From: Pristiophorus japonicus
Taxonomy: Eukaryota
Assembly (NCBI RefSeq): GCF_044704955.1
Contig: NC_091996.1
Location: 83,266,001-83,330,000 of the forward strand
DNA: 64,000 bases
Direction: 5' to 3'
Program-made: the position numbers and the translations under genes
Shown: piece by piece, positions 1 to 12,287 of the stretch
How the letters are laid out: every line of letters starts with the position of its first letter
How positions within the stretch are numbered: the stretch's first letter is position 1
Notes under the pieces: generated by a model
Databases searched by the model: none
What the model saw: the letters and a program-made list of their open reading frames with translations, nothing else
Told to the model about the DNA's origin: nothing

Positions 1-960
1 AAAAGAGAAAATTGGAAATGAATAAAAAAGAAATAGAGAGTAAGAAAGAAAGACGGGACAGAAACAAAGACAGACAGAAAGGAAGAAATATGGAAAAGAA
101 CGATAGAAAGAAAGAAAGAGATTGGTAGAAATAAAGAAGGATAGAAAGAATGAAAGAAGTAAAGTGTGCAATAAATAAGGTAAGAAAAGAAAGGAAATAA
201 TTAACGAAGAAAGAAAGAATGGAAGATAGGAAGAAAGAACAAAAGATAGAACGATAGGAAGAAAAAAGAAAATATTGAACGAAGGAACAAAGAACAGGAA
301 GGAAGGATGGTAGGATGGAAGAGAGAAAGAAGTAAATAATGAAAGAAAGGAAAAATAATGAATGAAAGAAAGATTGAAGAAAGAAAGAAATAGAAAGTAG
401 AGTAGAGTCAAAGGAAGAAAGAAAGAAGGAAAGAAAGAATGATAGAAAATACAATAGATAGATAGAAAGAAGGGAAGAGAGAAAGATAGAAATAAATTAA
501 AGAATGACAGAAAGATAGAGAGAACGATAGAACAAAGATTGATACAAGGAAAGATAGAAAGAAAGAAATATAGAATGGAAGAGAGATTGGAAGAACGAAA
601 GAAAGAAAGAAAGAAAGAAAGAAAGAGGGAAGAAAGAATGAAGGAAAAAAGAAGGAAGGAGTGAAATAAAAGAAGCAAGAAAGACATATAGAATGAGAGG
701 AAGGAACGAAGTAATGAACGGAGGAAGGCAGGAAGATGGAGGAAGGTAAGTGAGAGAAAAAGGGCTAAAGAAAAATAGAGAGCAAAACAGAAAGAATGAA
801 AAAAGAAAGAGAAAGCGTAAGGGGCAAGAAAGAAAGCAGCAAAGACAGACAGAAAGAAAGGAAGGAAGGAAGACAAATGGAGAGAAAACTAGGAATAATG
901 AAGGAAAGAAAGAAATAGTGAAGGAAAGAAAAAAGATAGATAGAAAGAAAGATAGAACTA
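1..960. repeat. Purine-rich (GAAA/GGAA-derived) low-complexity tract
   Basis: Almost only A/G on the + strand; source of spurious F/L/S- and K/E/R-rich ORFs. Confidence 0.9.
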
Positions 961-1554
961 CATTCAATTATTCAAGCAGCCCATAATAAGCGCGGTATGT
1001 CCATGCTCCAACATGTCTGTTCAACTGTATGTCCGAAGGTCCATTTGAGGTTTATCAATGCGTTGACATCCCTCAATCAATTGATGGATCTGTTGTCCTG
1101 AATTCGCCTTCTGAAGGACGCTATCCTCTGAAGCTTCACCGTGGCTTGCAGTGGCCACGTGGAATGGCGTTGGTCACGATTGCGATCCCTGTACGTACCT
1201 GCTTTAAGCTCAAAACTTCAAAGGATTATTTTTCCAAAACTTCTTAATATCCCCATGTCCTTGCTCTCATCATATCGTGGGAAGGTGTAAACTTCCCGTC
1301 CACTGAGCTTAAGTTTACTTTTACATTAATAGAAGCTCTGTCACTGTCTCTCTGTGTATCTCTCTCTCTTGCATTCTCTCTTTCTGTCTGGCTTTCTCTC
1401 ATTTCTGTCGCAAACTGTCTCTCTGTTTTCTGTTTCTCTCTTTTATCTGTCTGCCTCTGTGCAATAGAAATCTCCAGAGAAAAATTGAAAATGAACAATA
1501 TGACAGGAGGTGTAATTTTATTTAGCGGTGCCTGTTTGGTGAGTGGGTTCACTG

Positions 1555-2092
1555 TTTTGTGGAAGAATTTTTCTTAGTTTATAATACTCTTGTTTTTGGT
1601 ACTGTACCATGTAAACGTTCAAGCAACAAATTGCCTGCTTAAAGCAAAAGATACATTTAGACCCCAGCGTTCGTTGACCCGGAGTCACTGAGATAGGGGA
1701 AGTAAGACAATGGGTGGTTGAAAAGGCAAACAGATGTATTAAACGCTTGTACTAATAACAGGAAGATAGTTCCTTGTTTTTCTGCTGATACGAGGAAAAT
1801 AACCCCACTTGTGTGTGCATATGCTAGTTAATCTTTGACTTACCACAATGTAAAGATAGATTGTCATAGCATTACCATATAGGGTAAGCCGTTACAAAAA
1901 TGTTAGATAATTGGACAATGGTGTAAGGGGTCGGGCACCCAAAGGTATAATTGTAACTTGGAAACTTCGCTCGGAGAAAAGGTGTGGCGAAGCTGTGGAG
2001 TTTCCCCATTTCTCCCAGAGCGCTCTGTACGAATACACTGTGACGTTTCCCTCATTGTTCTTGGACTCGGTGTGGAATTTATTAACCTTACA
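1555..2092 (+). repeat. ERV-A 5' LTR, copy 1
   Basis: Direct repeat of 6957-7497; ends in CA; starts TT rather than TG; TATAAT box; poly(A) signal mutated to AATACA. Confidence 0.92.
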
Positions 2093-2095
2093 ATT

Positions 2096-2113
2096 TGGCG
2101 CTCCTTGCAAGGT
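2096..2113 (+). promoter_or_regulatory. Primer-binding site (degenerate, tRNA-Ser-like) overlapping a probable splice donor AAG|GTGAAT
   Basis: TGGCGCTCCTTGCAAGGT, 3 nt after the LTR; copy 3 reads TGGCGCTGCGAGCAAGGT, close to the complement of vertebrate tRNA-Ser(TGA/CGA) 3' ends. Confidence 0.7.
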
Positions 2114-4133
2114 GAATATGGTCGCTTCGGGTCCCCTAGCCAGTGGAGAGGGACGAGTAGTCAAGGTTTGACCATCCAGTCAATTGGGCCCCGGAACAGG
2201 GCGACCCCTGAGCCCCAATTCACCAAAGAACAAAACGTCCGTGAACGGTGAGAAAAACCACAGTTGAGCCACGGGTTCAAGTCTAAGCTAGCTTGGTATG
2301 AGTGATGTGTGAAAGAAACGAGTGTTCCCCGCCACTTCGATTGTCACAAACTATCTCACTCACCTAACTTGAGCCGGAATTAAGAGGGCGAATGCCCCAC
2401 GTAAAGGCCAAGGATTAAGGTCGAAGGGAACATAGAGAGGACAAAGTGGCGACGGAAAAGTGGAACAGTGAGTGAAGTAGGGACTAATCTCCTTGCAACT
2501 TTGATTGACACAGGTCGGGACATTGGGGGTCATGTGTAGAACAATTAATGTGGTTGTAGTAAGTTGCGGGTGCAGCTGGAAAAGATCGTAGTGGTTCGTG
2601 GAGGCGCCATTTTTAACGAATCGCAAGTGTGTTGAAACACCTCTGATGATAGAGACTGCAAGTCCTGAATGGACTGCTGACAGTAGTAAGACAGTGACGT
2701 AAGACTACGATGAGTGCTGAGAATCACAAGTGTAATCAGATACCTCTGATGATAAAGATTGCAAGTCCGCCTGGTAGAAGTGAGTAAGACCAGGCGTACC
2801 TCTGACAATCGTGAGACCGTGACGTGAGACTACAATGAGTGGTAAGGAAACGGAGAGGGCCCCGCCTAGGGTCCCTCACCAGACTATACATGACCGAAAG
2901 GAGGGATGGGCCCCAACGGGAAAAAAAAAGTGTGAAAGAACAGAGAGAGTGGTGGGAGATGCAGAAACAGAAAGAAAAACCGGGACATTTGAGAGGACGA
3001 AAAGCAGCCCTCAAAGCCTGCGTGCTTGACTCCGTTCTAGTTATGAAAAGAAAGGATAAAGATGCAGCCTTGAAAGAAAACAAATTGAACGAAATTGAAA
3101 GAAAAAGTGTCTTCGATTGTCTAAATTAACAAAGTTACCGAGAGACCAGCCCTCTGTGTAAAACACCAAAACCTAATTTGAAGAAAGGAGATTTTTTAAA
3201 AAAGAGGACATAACTTACTAAATACTAGTTGATATTGGCTGTGAAAAAAAAAGATATTGGTTTAATTGAAAAGATTTTTGGCAGAGGTAAAAGACACAAT
3301 CCATTGAAAATGATTTTGAATTATGAGAACGTTTCATTGAAGTTTGAAAAGATTTCCAGAATAGACGTGTTTATCAAGAAAAGTCCCGAACAGTCTAAAC
3401 AAGCAGGAGTGTTTTGAAAATAACGAGAAGAGGTCTAAGCGATGCAAACTCAGCACAAAAAGAAAAATTAGGAATTAGAAAATCTTACTGATTTTAAAAT
3501 TCTTACAGGAAATGTTGGAATGTATACAGCTTGTGTGAAAATTGAAGTTCAGTAAACAAAATAACTATTAAAAATGTGTGGTATCGTTTTAAATCAATTA
3601 AAAAAATCTTTGGCAAGTACTTGAATTAGAAGTTAAGGAAAAAATTGAAATTTAATCTAAAATGCTGTCTGTCCTGATGCGAAGGCTTCTATTCTGACGA
3701 CGTTACTAATGATTTCTGCAGTTTTAACGGATTCCTAATTTCTAAGCAAGTTTTGAAAGCTCAAGGACTTAAAAAAAAAACGAAATTCGGATGATTACGT
3801 GAAGTCACATAATGACATCAGGCCTTCTCACAAACCTGTAAAGAAGCTAACACTTTCCATTGACAACTGTTTTATATTGGACATTATTCATTTGGATTTT
3901 TTAACTAGCCCATGTAATAATACTCGCCTGATACAAATAATGAAAAAATTATTCGAGGAACAGACTTAATAAGGGAATTTCAACTATTAATAGACGCGCA
4001 GCTTAACAAAATAATCTGGCCACGAGCGGATGGACGTAAAAACAAGTACTCCGCGCCCTTATGAAACATTGCGAAAATGGGCAGTGCTAAACCACTGGCC
4101 TGGGATTAGGGATAAGAGTCTGGGGTAGAGGGG

Positions 4134-5332
4134 GTGATATTCGAGGCCCTAGAGCCGGTATGGGCCAAAACAAAGCAGGACACGGGCCTCGTTGACATAA
4201 TGCCGGTTAAAGTCCCAGGGCCCGAACATGAGGGACATCGGAGAAAACCCGGCAGAAGGCCTCCTGGGGGCAGTGAAGCTGCACCAGTGGAGAAAGGATG
4301 GAAAAGTCACAGCCCCAAACTGCATTAAGCAGACATTACTGCAACTACACCATGGAGTGGCCCATACAGGCAGGGGACCCATGATGGAGTGGCTCACGAG
4401 AAGATTGGTGGTGGTCCAGAATGGGGTGGGATATAGCCAAACACTGTCAGCGCTGCATAACATGTGTGCAACATAACCCTGGCAAGCCGGTTAGGATACG
4501 GATGGCCCATCAACCGAGACCAAGGGGGCCATGGGAAAATATACAGATAGATTTCACCGGGCCACTCCCGGACTCACGGGGGAAAAGATACTGCTTGGTG
4601 GTAATTGACCAATTCACTGGGTGGGTGGAAGCGTTCCCCACACGAAATTGTACGGCCACTACAGTGGCCAGGATACTGGCCGAGGAGATCATCCCCAAAT
4701 GGGGGGTGCCGGTGCAAATGGATTTGGATCAGGGCACCCACTTCACGAGAGGGGTGATAAAGGCAGTATGTAAACTGATGGGGATAAGACAGAAATTCCA
4801 CATCCCATACCATCCCCAGGGCTCGGGGATGGTAGAACGGATGAATCGAACCCTCAAGGTGCCAATTGCAAAGGCAATCCAAGAAACCAGGAGGACCTGG
4901 GTTGACGTGTTGCCCCTCATTCTAAATGAAGTGAAGAGCGATCCCAAACAGGATGACTGGGCTGTCCCCCTATGATCTACTGACGGGTAGAGCAATGCAA
5001 CTTCCAGAAGGGATCGTTACAGGGGGGACTGATGTGGGACTGTTAAGGGATCGGATCAGGAGGTACATCCTGGAAATGAGCAACAGTTTTACGGAGACGA
5101 GAACGCAGGTCAGGTATAAGCAGCTCTGACAGGACGAGAAATTAGAATCCACCGCCCTCCCAGATGTGCCCCAGGAAGGGACCCGCATAATGGTAAAGGT
5201 CATCCCTGCACCAAAATGGATAGGACCGTACAGGTTATGATTCGCGGAGATACGTGTGCCTGCGTTGACATGAGAGGACGGGGGCAGTGGAAACACTGGA
5301 CCCAGCTTAAGGCTTTCGAGCCTAAAAATTAA
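4134..5332 (+). pseudogene. pol: pol remnant: short pre-RT segment joined to a frameshifted integrase (RT/RNase H deleted)
   Basis: VWAKTKQDTG..PVKV pre-RT-like segment, then HH..CITC zinc motif, QIDFTGP, WVEAFPT, D(L/S)DQG, YHPQGSGMVERMN and WIGPY; frameshifts near 4400 and 4925. Confidence 0.9.
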
Positions 5333-5441
5333 TGCCTGTAGTATCTACTATTCTTTGATTCGCCCACAGGTCAATATAGACACTACAAGTAATATATACA
5401 GCCATATTGCCTTTGACTATTTGTTAATATAGATTGGTAAG

Positions 5442-6905
5442 ATGAAACTGTGTGCCGCAGTCTGTATAATAGCCTTGGTCTACGTCAAGTGCAGCATGTG
5501 GGAAGCGAAACAGAAACGAGAATTCCATGTAAACGCCTTTCTGTATATGTCTTATGTTTACGCACGAAATGGGAACTTTTCTAGTTGCTGGGTGTGCTCG
5601 CATATTCCTATATATTCCAAAGGGGGAATTCCTTTGCACCCCTTTGCCCTGACACTAACTGAGACTGTCAAGTGGCTTCTGAGCCAGAATGGCACGGGAG
5701 GAGGGTGGCCAATGCAAGAACGAAGGATGAAAGGCGGGTCAAGAGAGGGATCACAAATGGGAGGAGGACCATCATACCGCTACCGTGCGGACAACCACGG
5801 GGACGTCACCGAGTGGGAGAGTGCTGGGTACCCCATTAGTCAAACATTCCCGGGATGGTACCAACCACCCTATGACCAAAAAAGGGAACCCCCATACCTA
5901 ATCCCGACCAATACCTCGGGGATCAGGAGACCAACAGGGACCATATGTTTAACCCAAAATGACATCAGTGGAAGGGGACGTGTCATAGGGTACAGTGATT
6001 GCCCACACAACCTCAATATCACAACAGGCGCATGGGTCACTATCCTCTCACGCCTTCTGAATAAAACAGGTGGAGGTTTGTGGGCCCAGTCTTGGGACTC
6101 CGACACAATATATGAAATGGCAGCGTATAACGGCACGTATTTTGTGTGCGGGCATAGGGCATATCCCTGGTTACCCAGGCGATGGACAGGGTCCTGTTAT
6201 TTAGGAAATGTGGTCCCCTTTGTCAGACAGGTACGTACCCTGGCAGAGGTGAGTACACCAGGTCGACGAAGATGAGCGATTACCCCGGTAGAAAGACTCT
6301 TTGGAGTTGTGATGTTCCCATAAGGGATAGGGCGCACCATGGATGAACTAAGAAACGTAGAGAGGGTTCTGGAACGAATAGCTAACGACATTGCCGAGGC
6401 GATGGAGAGCATAACAGCTGAAATGGTAGCCATACGTACCACCGTAATTCAGAACCGAATGGCCCTAGATTACGTATTGGCGCAGAACGTAGGCACATGT
6501 GCATTGATTGGGGCTGAATGTTGCACTTATATACCCGATAATTCCGAGAATATAACCAACCTAGCCGATCATATAAGGAGAGAAGTGAGGAAATTAACCA
6601 CCCCAGATGGTGCAGTTGGCTGGTTGGGGGGATGAATGTCCAAGTTGGGACAAAGTATTGTACAGGGGCTGATTTTCATTGTGGCTATATGCCTGGCCTT
6701 GTACCTTGCGGTAATGATTATTAAGATATGTATGTCCAAGGTATGTACCACAATACCCATAGCTGCTGGGACTTACATCAACGATACAACAATCCGACTT
6801 CCACCCACAACATATCAGAAGCTGCACCTCCATTTGCAGCAGTACCACCAGCTCCAGGCTCGCCCAAGGACCCTGGCACAAGACGATGAGGCAGTTTGGA
6901 TGTAA
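5442..6905 (+). pseudogene. env: Gamma-type envelope gene, one frame with 3 nonsense codons; SU part open for 277 aa (5442-6275)
   Basis: Signal peptide, CWVC (CXXC), RRR* furin site, ISD QNRMALDYVLA, CX6CC (CALIGAECC), TM helix; stops at 6273, 6321 and 6633; splice acceptor at 5368-5369. Confidence 0.93.
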
Positions 6906-6956
6906 GATTGGATTGTTCTTATCCGCATGAGATGGGAAAGGATCAACAGGAGGGAC

Positions 6957-7497
6957 TGTTGTGGAAGAATTATCTCTTAGTTTATAATACTCTTGTTTTT
7001 GGTACTGTACCATGTAAACGTTCAAGCAACAAATTACCTGCTTAAAACAAAAGACACATTTAGACCCCAACGTCCGTTGACCCTGAGTCATGGAGATAGG
7101 GGAAGTAAAACAATGGGTGGTTGAAAAGGCAAACAGATGTATATCGCTTGTACTAATAACAGAAAGATAGTTCCTTGTTTTTCTGCTGATGCGAGGAAAA
7201 TAACCCCACTTGTGTGTGCGCATGCTAGTTAACCTTTGGCTTACCACAATGTAAAGATAGATTGTCATAGCATTACCATATAGGGTAAGACGTTACAAAA
7301 TTGTTAGATAATTGGACAATGGTGTAAGGGGGCGGGATCGCCCCCTAAGGTATAATTGTAACTTGGAAACTTCGCTCAGAGAGAAGGTGTGGCGAAGCTG
7401 CGGAGTTTCCCCACTTCTCCCAGAGCGCTCTGTACGAATAAACTGTGATGTTTCCCTCACTGTTCTCGGACTCGGTGTGGAATTTATTTCCCTGACA
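6957..7497 (+). repeat. ERV-A 3' LTR, copy 1 (preceded by PPT ACAGGAGGGAC)
   Basis: TG...CA ends, TATAAT at ~7351, AATAAA at ~7437, followed by TSD ACTG. Confidence 0.95.
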
Positions 7498-7593
7498 ACT
7501 GAAAGCTCGGCAGAAGCAGTTTCAATGGTAACTTACAAAAGGGAAGCAGATATATACTTGTAAAGGAAACATTCGTAGGGCTGTGGGAAACAT

Positions 7594-7990
7594 GTGGCAT
7601 TGTCGTTATGTTACTGCACCAGTAATCCGTAACCTGGGCTAATGATCCGGTGTCATGAGTCATAGCGAATATAAATTCAGTTAATTAAATAAATCTGGAA
7701 TTTAAAGCTAGTATTAATAATGGTGCACCGTATAACTACCGGATTGTCATTAAATCCACTTGGTTGACTACTGGAAGGAAATCTGCCGTCCTTACCTGGT
7801 CTGGCCTATATTTGACACCAGACCCACAGTAATGTGGTTGACTCTTAGCTGCCCTCTGAAATGGCCCAACAAGACATTCAGTTGTATTCAGGAAGGTGGC
7901 TCACCAACACCTTCTCGAGGGCAATTTGGGATGGGCAATAAATGCTGACCTTTCTGGTGACGTACACATCCCGTGAATGAATAAATTAAA
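7594..7990 (+). mobile_element. Probable tRNA-derived SINE with LINE-derived 3' tail
   Basis: Recalled similarity to a common elasmobranch SINE (ggaaggaaatctgccgtccttacctggtctggcc...gggcaataaatgctg...aataaa); family not verified. Confidence 0.6.
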
Positions 7991-8189
7991 GAATAGAAAG
8001 AGCAGGTGTGAGTGGGATAAATTGGGTATCTCTGGCAATCGCACGGTGGTCCCAGTGGCCTCGTTGTGTGCCGTATCATTCTCGGATTCCAGGGTTCTAT
8101 GCGGAAGCAGACCCGTTACTTACACCCGGATCACATTAATTTCAAACTTTAGCACGTGCTTTATGCACTAGGGTGAGCGAGTGGTTGTC

Positions 8190-8294
8190 TACATTACAGC
8201 AGTACTACAGTTCAAAAAGTACTTCATTGGCTGTAAAGCACTTTGGGACATCCGGTGGTCTTTAAAGGCGCGATATAATTACAAGTCTTTCTTC
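8190..8294 (+). mobile_element. SINE/L2-type 3' tail fragment
   Basis: aagtacttcattggctgtaaagcactttgggac...aagtctttctt resembles a DeuSINE/L2-like tail (recalled, unverified). Confidence 0.5.
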
Positions 8295-8539
8295 AAGACG
8301 TTCGACTAAAGATTCCATGGTGCCTGCTTGGATTCGCCCCCTCTCCTGGTAACAGTGTCATTTAATCTTTATCGTCCCATTGCCACCCCATTTTACCTTG
8401 CAGCTGCTCTGCAACAATCTCTCTCTCTGTCTGATTCGGACATGACTTTGTTATTTAATAATACACAGATTCATGCTATCCCATCTCCCCACCGCCTTCT
8501 ACTTGTATCTGCACTTGCTATTAACCTTTTAAATCTCTA

Positions 8540-8680
8540 TCTTACTCATGTTCCGATGAACGGTCATCGCTCTGAAACATTATCTCTATTTTTCTCTCCA
8601 CAGAAGCTTAAGCCTGCTGAGTGTTTGCAGCATTTTCTGTCTTTATTTCAGCTTTGCAGCATACCCAGTATTTTGCTTCT
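8540..8680 (+). mobile_element. Probable Penelope-like element 3' fragment
   Basis: ctctccacagaagc..cctgctgagt..cagcattttctg..tttatttcag motif recalled from shark repeats. Confidence 0.4.
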
Positions 8681-9049
8681 GTTCTCTGTAATGTTGTCGG
8701 CTGCACGTTTAATATCTGCTATTTATCGACTTCCATCGAAAAATAGTCTTTTAAACTCAGAGAATTTGTTCTACCGCTGTTTGTCTTTTTTCCGTGTTCT
8801 GTCTCTAGATTTAACATACTGCCTTAGTTTTTCTATTTCAGTCTCTCTGTCTCTCGCTCTATTTATTTCTCTCTGTATCTTTCTCTTTGTTTTCTTGTCT
8901 CTGTTCATTTTTCTCAACCGGTCTATCTTTCATTCTCTCTTACGAATTGTCTCTCTCTTTCGACCTCACTCTGTCCTGCTGCCTTGCCCATTTAATTGAG
9001 TTACGCCTTTCAAAACCAAACACAAACGGCTGGAGAATTTTCGGACTTT

Positions 9050-9990
9050 TTCACTGCAACTGGGGATGTCAAGTAAGTTGATCCACATATTTTCAACGTA
9101 TGACTGTATGAATCCCTGCTGGAACAGGCCAACCGATCCGTTCCTTACCCTTGTATCATATTGCATTGAACTTGATTGGAAAGTACAGCCATTCCCACAC
9201 CTCCATCTCTGTCGCCTTTGTCCCGAGTAAAGCTTGCTCGCTCTCCTATCCGGGTCGTTCACCCTGGTAAGGCCCCAATCTGCACTCCCTGAAGTCTACT
9301 GGGGAATGTCTGGTGGGCAACAGGTTTAGCCGCACATCAATAGATCTGACTGGAACACATGATTCATTTTTGGCCTTATTCGACTTTGCCAAAATCGTCC
9401 ATTTCCATAGCATTAGGTTTGCGTTGCAACCGCGCCACCAGCGCACATTGTGCACTACCAACCTTCTCGGCAAACCTCTCTCCTCTACCCCCTCGACCAT
9501 CACTGATCACAACAAGAACCAGAAGCTCATGGACTGCTTGCTCAGTACCATTGCCGCCGCCAATTTAGTTTCCTCTGAAGTTCTCCCATCTTCTCCTGTC
9601 CCCATTAAAGCATATTTGCCGATGACTCGCTCCTGTTATAACTTTAAATCCACGTCCTACTGCAATTTCTCTCCTATCTCGTTTGACGTCCTCTCCAAGT
9701 TTATCTTGTCCAAGGAACACACATTTTTCTCCTTGACCCCATTCAGACAGAACTGCTGAGAATCTAAAATTCCCCGTCACCCACTGGAGATTTGACATAG
9801 TAACTATTCCGTCTGTTCAGGTACTGACCCTTTATTGTCAGACAGCCATCATTAACCCCCTCCTCTATAGCAGCATGTCCTGGCAAACTCCATGTCCGCT
9901 TCAAATGTGTTGAATTAAAAGTGTTGTAGCCATTCTGTCCAGAAATCCCATAGTTCAATATATCCAATCATCTTTCTACCACTGCCATAG
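9050..9990 (+). mobile_element. Degenerate L2-like LINE ORF2 fragment
   Basis: Decayed peptides (FSPIS..LSKFILS, LDPI, VLAN) resemble the pre-RT region of L2 ORF2; many frameshifts. Confidence 0.5.
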
Positions 9991-10712
9991 TCGCGAATCA
10001 AAGACACAAATAATACGCTCTATGATTATGACTTCGGGGCATTATTTCTCTTCATCCGGCATGACATATCTGCAGCCTGTGAGAGGGCGAATCACACCTC
10101 CCTCTCCCAATGAAGGGAAAGGTGGAATTAGCACAGTGGTGGACAAAATACGGTCCAGGGGCCACATCCGGCCCACCCGGTCATTCTATCCCGCCCACTG
10201 GATGGAACAGAAATAGAACGCGAGCCGGAGCTCGAGCTGTACATTTAACTATCCACTTTCACTTTCCATGGGTCAAAGACATACCCGAACTGCAGCCAGT
10301 AATATTTCATTCAAATTAATAACCCGCTGAAGTGATTTTCCCTGGCCCTATCTAAAAAGGATCCGTTCCTTGATTCTGGGCCGCAATGGCGCAGCTCCGT
10401 ACCCAGAATGCATTGCGTACTGGAATATGCCATATCCATTTTAGTGCAGAGTCATGGCTGCTCATCTCCACAAGTCTTTTCCCGAAGAAAGTGACCGGCA
10501 ATGCATCTTTCCTCTCCCGGTATCCAGGGTACAACGGCAGGGAAGTTTTCATCTGCCACCAATTCTGCCTGCAGTAGTAATCTTTGCAAAGGGGCACAAG
10601 GAGGACTGAGGTGGGTCAATGATGCTGTCACAGGATCTAAAGTGTCTACCGTTCTATTTCACACCTTGTTTTCATAATGTATCTTTGATTCATTTCTAAG
10701 CAGTATCCAATA

Positions 10713-11278
10713 TATAGAAACATAGAAACATAGAAAATAGGTGCAGGAGCAGGCCAATCGGCCCTTCGAGGCTGCACCACCATTCAAGATGATCATGGCT
10801 GATCATGCAACTTCACTACCCCACTCCTGCTTTCTCTCCATACCCCTTGATCCTTTCAGCCATAAGGGCCACATCTAACTCCCTTTTGAACGTATCAAAC
10901 GAACTGGCCTCAACAACTTTCTGTGGTAGAGAATTCCGCAGGTTCACAATTCTCTGAGTGAAGACGTTTCTCCTCATCTTGGTCCTAAATGGCTTACCCC
11001 TTACCCTTCGACTGTGACCCCTGGTTCTGGACTTCCCCAACATCGGGAACATTCTGCCTGCATCTAACCTGTCCAATCCCGTCAGAATTTTATATGTTTC
11101 TATGAGATCCCCTCTCAATCTTCTAAATTCCAGTGAATATAAGCCTAGTCGATCGAACCTTTCTTCATATGCCAGTCCTGCCTTCCCGGGAATCAGTCTG
11201 GGAAGCTTCGCTGCACTCCCTCAATAGCAAAAATGTCCTTCCTCAGATTAGGAGACCACAACTGTACACAATAGTCAA
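10713..11278 (-). mobile_element. 5'-truncated CR1 LINE
   Basis: RGDLIETYKIL..RTRGHS..FTQR ORF2 C-terminus plus (TATGTTTC)n tail. Confidence 0.93.
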
Positions 11279-12217
11279 TATTTAATATTCACTATATGTA
11301 AGATAGCAGCTGACTACTGTCTGAATTCATGTTCATGCAATGTTTCTGTGTAAGTAATGTTCCTTCTAAATTCTTCCACACGGGGTCCCTTTAAATTTGC
11401 TGTGGGGCCGGGCACTATGCAGCCGCAAACGTGCAGCATCCCTTGCAGCAGCAGCAGCTGGAGAGTGGGCTGCGTGGGGCCATACGATTGTTGCAGGGCA
11501 AGGCAGCCACATGCCTTAGGGGAACACTGATGTGTGGCCCACAGCAGTTCACCAAAACATGTTCAGTGGCCCTCCAGCCCAAATAACTGCTCACCCCTGA
11601 GTTAGCAGATGGAATGAAATGGAAAGAAATTGTGAGGGAGAGGAAGACACAGAGAGACAGGCGAAGAGAGGAGTAATGGGAGAGCAAGAGAGCTACAGAG
11701 AAATGTGAAATATCGGAATTGAGTGCGATTGCAAAACTGTATTAGTGACAATGAGATAGTGGAGAGGACATGAGAGTAAAATGGGAGAGACTGTGAAAAG
11801 GGAACTTTGAGAGAGGAGGTATGAGTGGTAAGGAGATACAATGGAAGACTGATTACCAGATTTCAATTAAAAAAACAAGTCACATTAATCGGCTAAGTTT
11901 GGAAGTTTGCTGACTTTCTTATGATGCAAATTACAATAATATCTTATGTTCTATTTAGATCTTTTAGCTCCTGTTCCCAACGGTAACCACCATCTGTTTT
12001 TTAAGAAATGGCTCATTGTCTTATGACTTTGAAATTGGAAAGCCAGGTGGTGCCTTGTTTGTTCAGCAAACTGTAACTAATAACTCTAGTTGTGCAATCT
12101 AGAAGCATCATTCGGGAGTCCATATTTATAAATGAACCAATATTTTCCGTTGATTTTTCATTACTACAGTCGGAGTGATCACCTCCAACACCAGTAGGTA
12201 TCCTCTTCACATAGAAG

Positions 12218-12287
12218 ATGCATTCTTCATCGCTTTATTGGGTCCGGGTCATATATTACCCCATTCTCGCGGCAATTGGAGTACCTG
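12218..12287 (+). CDS. GPR139/GPR142-like GPCR, copy 1, exon 1 (MHSSSLYWVRVIYYPILAAIGVP)
   Basis: ATG at 12218, YYPILAAIGVP start of TM1, phase-1 donor CTG|GTAAGT that joins in frame to 13110. Confidence 0.88.

Larger units (their letters stand above)
1555..7497 (+). mobile_element. Defective endogenous retrovirus ERV-A, copy 1 (LTR-PBS-long leader-pol remnant/IN-env-PPT-LTR)
   Basis: Paired LTRs, 4-bp TSD ACTG (1551-1554 and 7498-7501), PBS, PPT, integrase and env homology. Confidence 0.95.

Noticed and set aside
2839-4130. Lys-rich short ORFs as ERV-A gag or accessory genes
   Set aside because: No MHR, CCHC or other recognisable motif; many stops in AT-rich sequence; cannot be supported without a profile search
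6594-7268. 224-aa antisense ORF across the env end and 3' LTR (HBZ-like idea)
   Set aside because: Non-ATG start, no recognisable domain, shorter in copy 2
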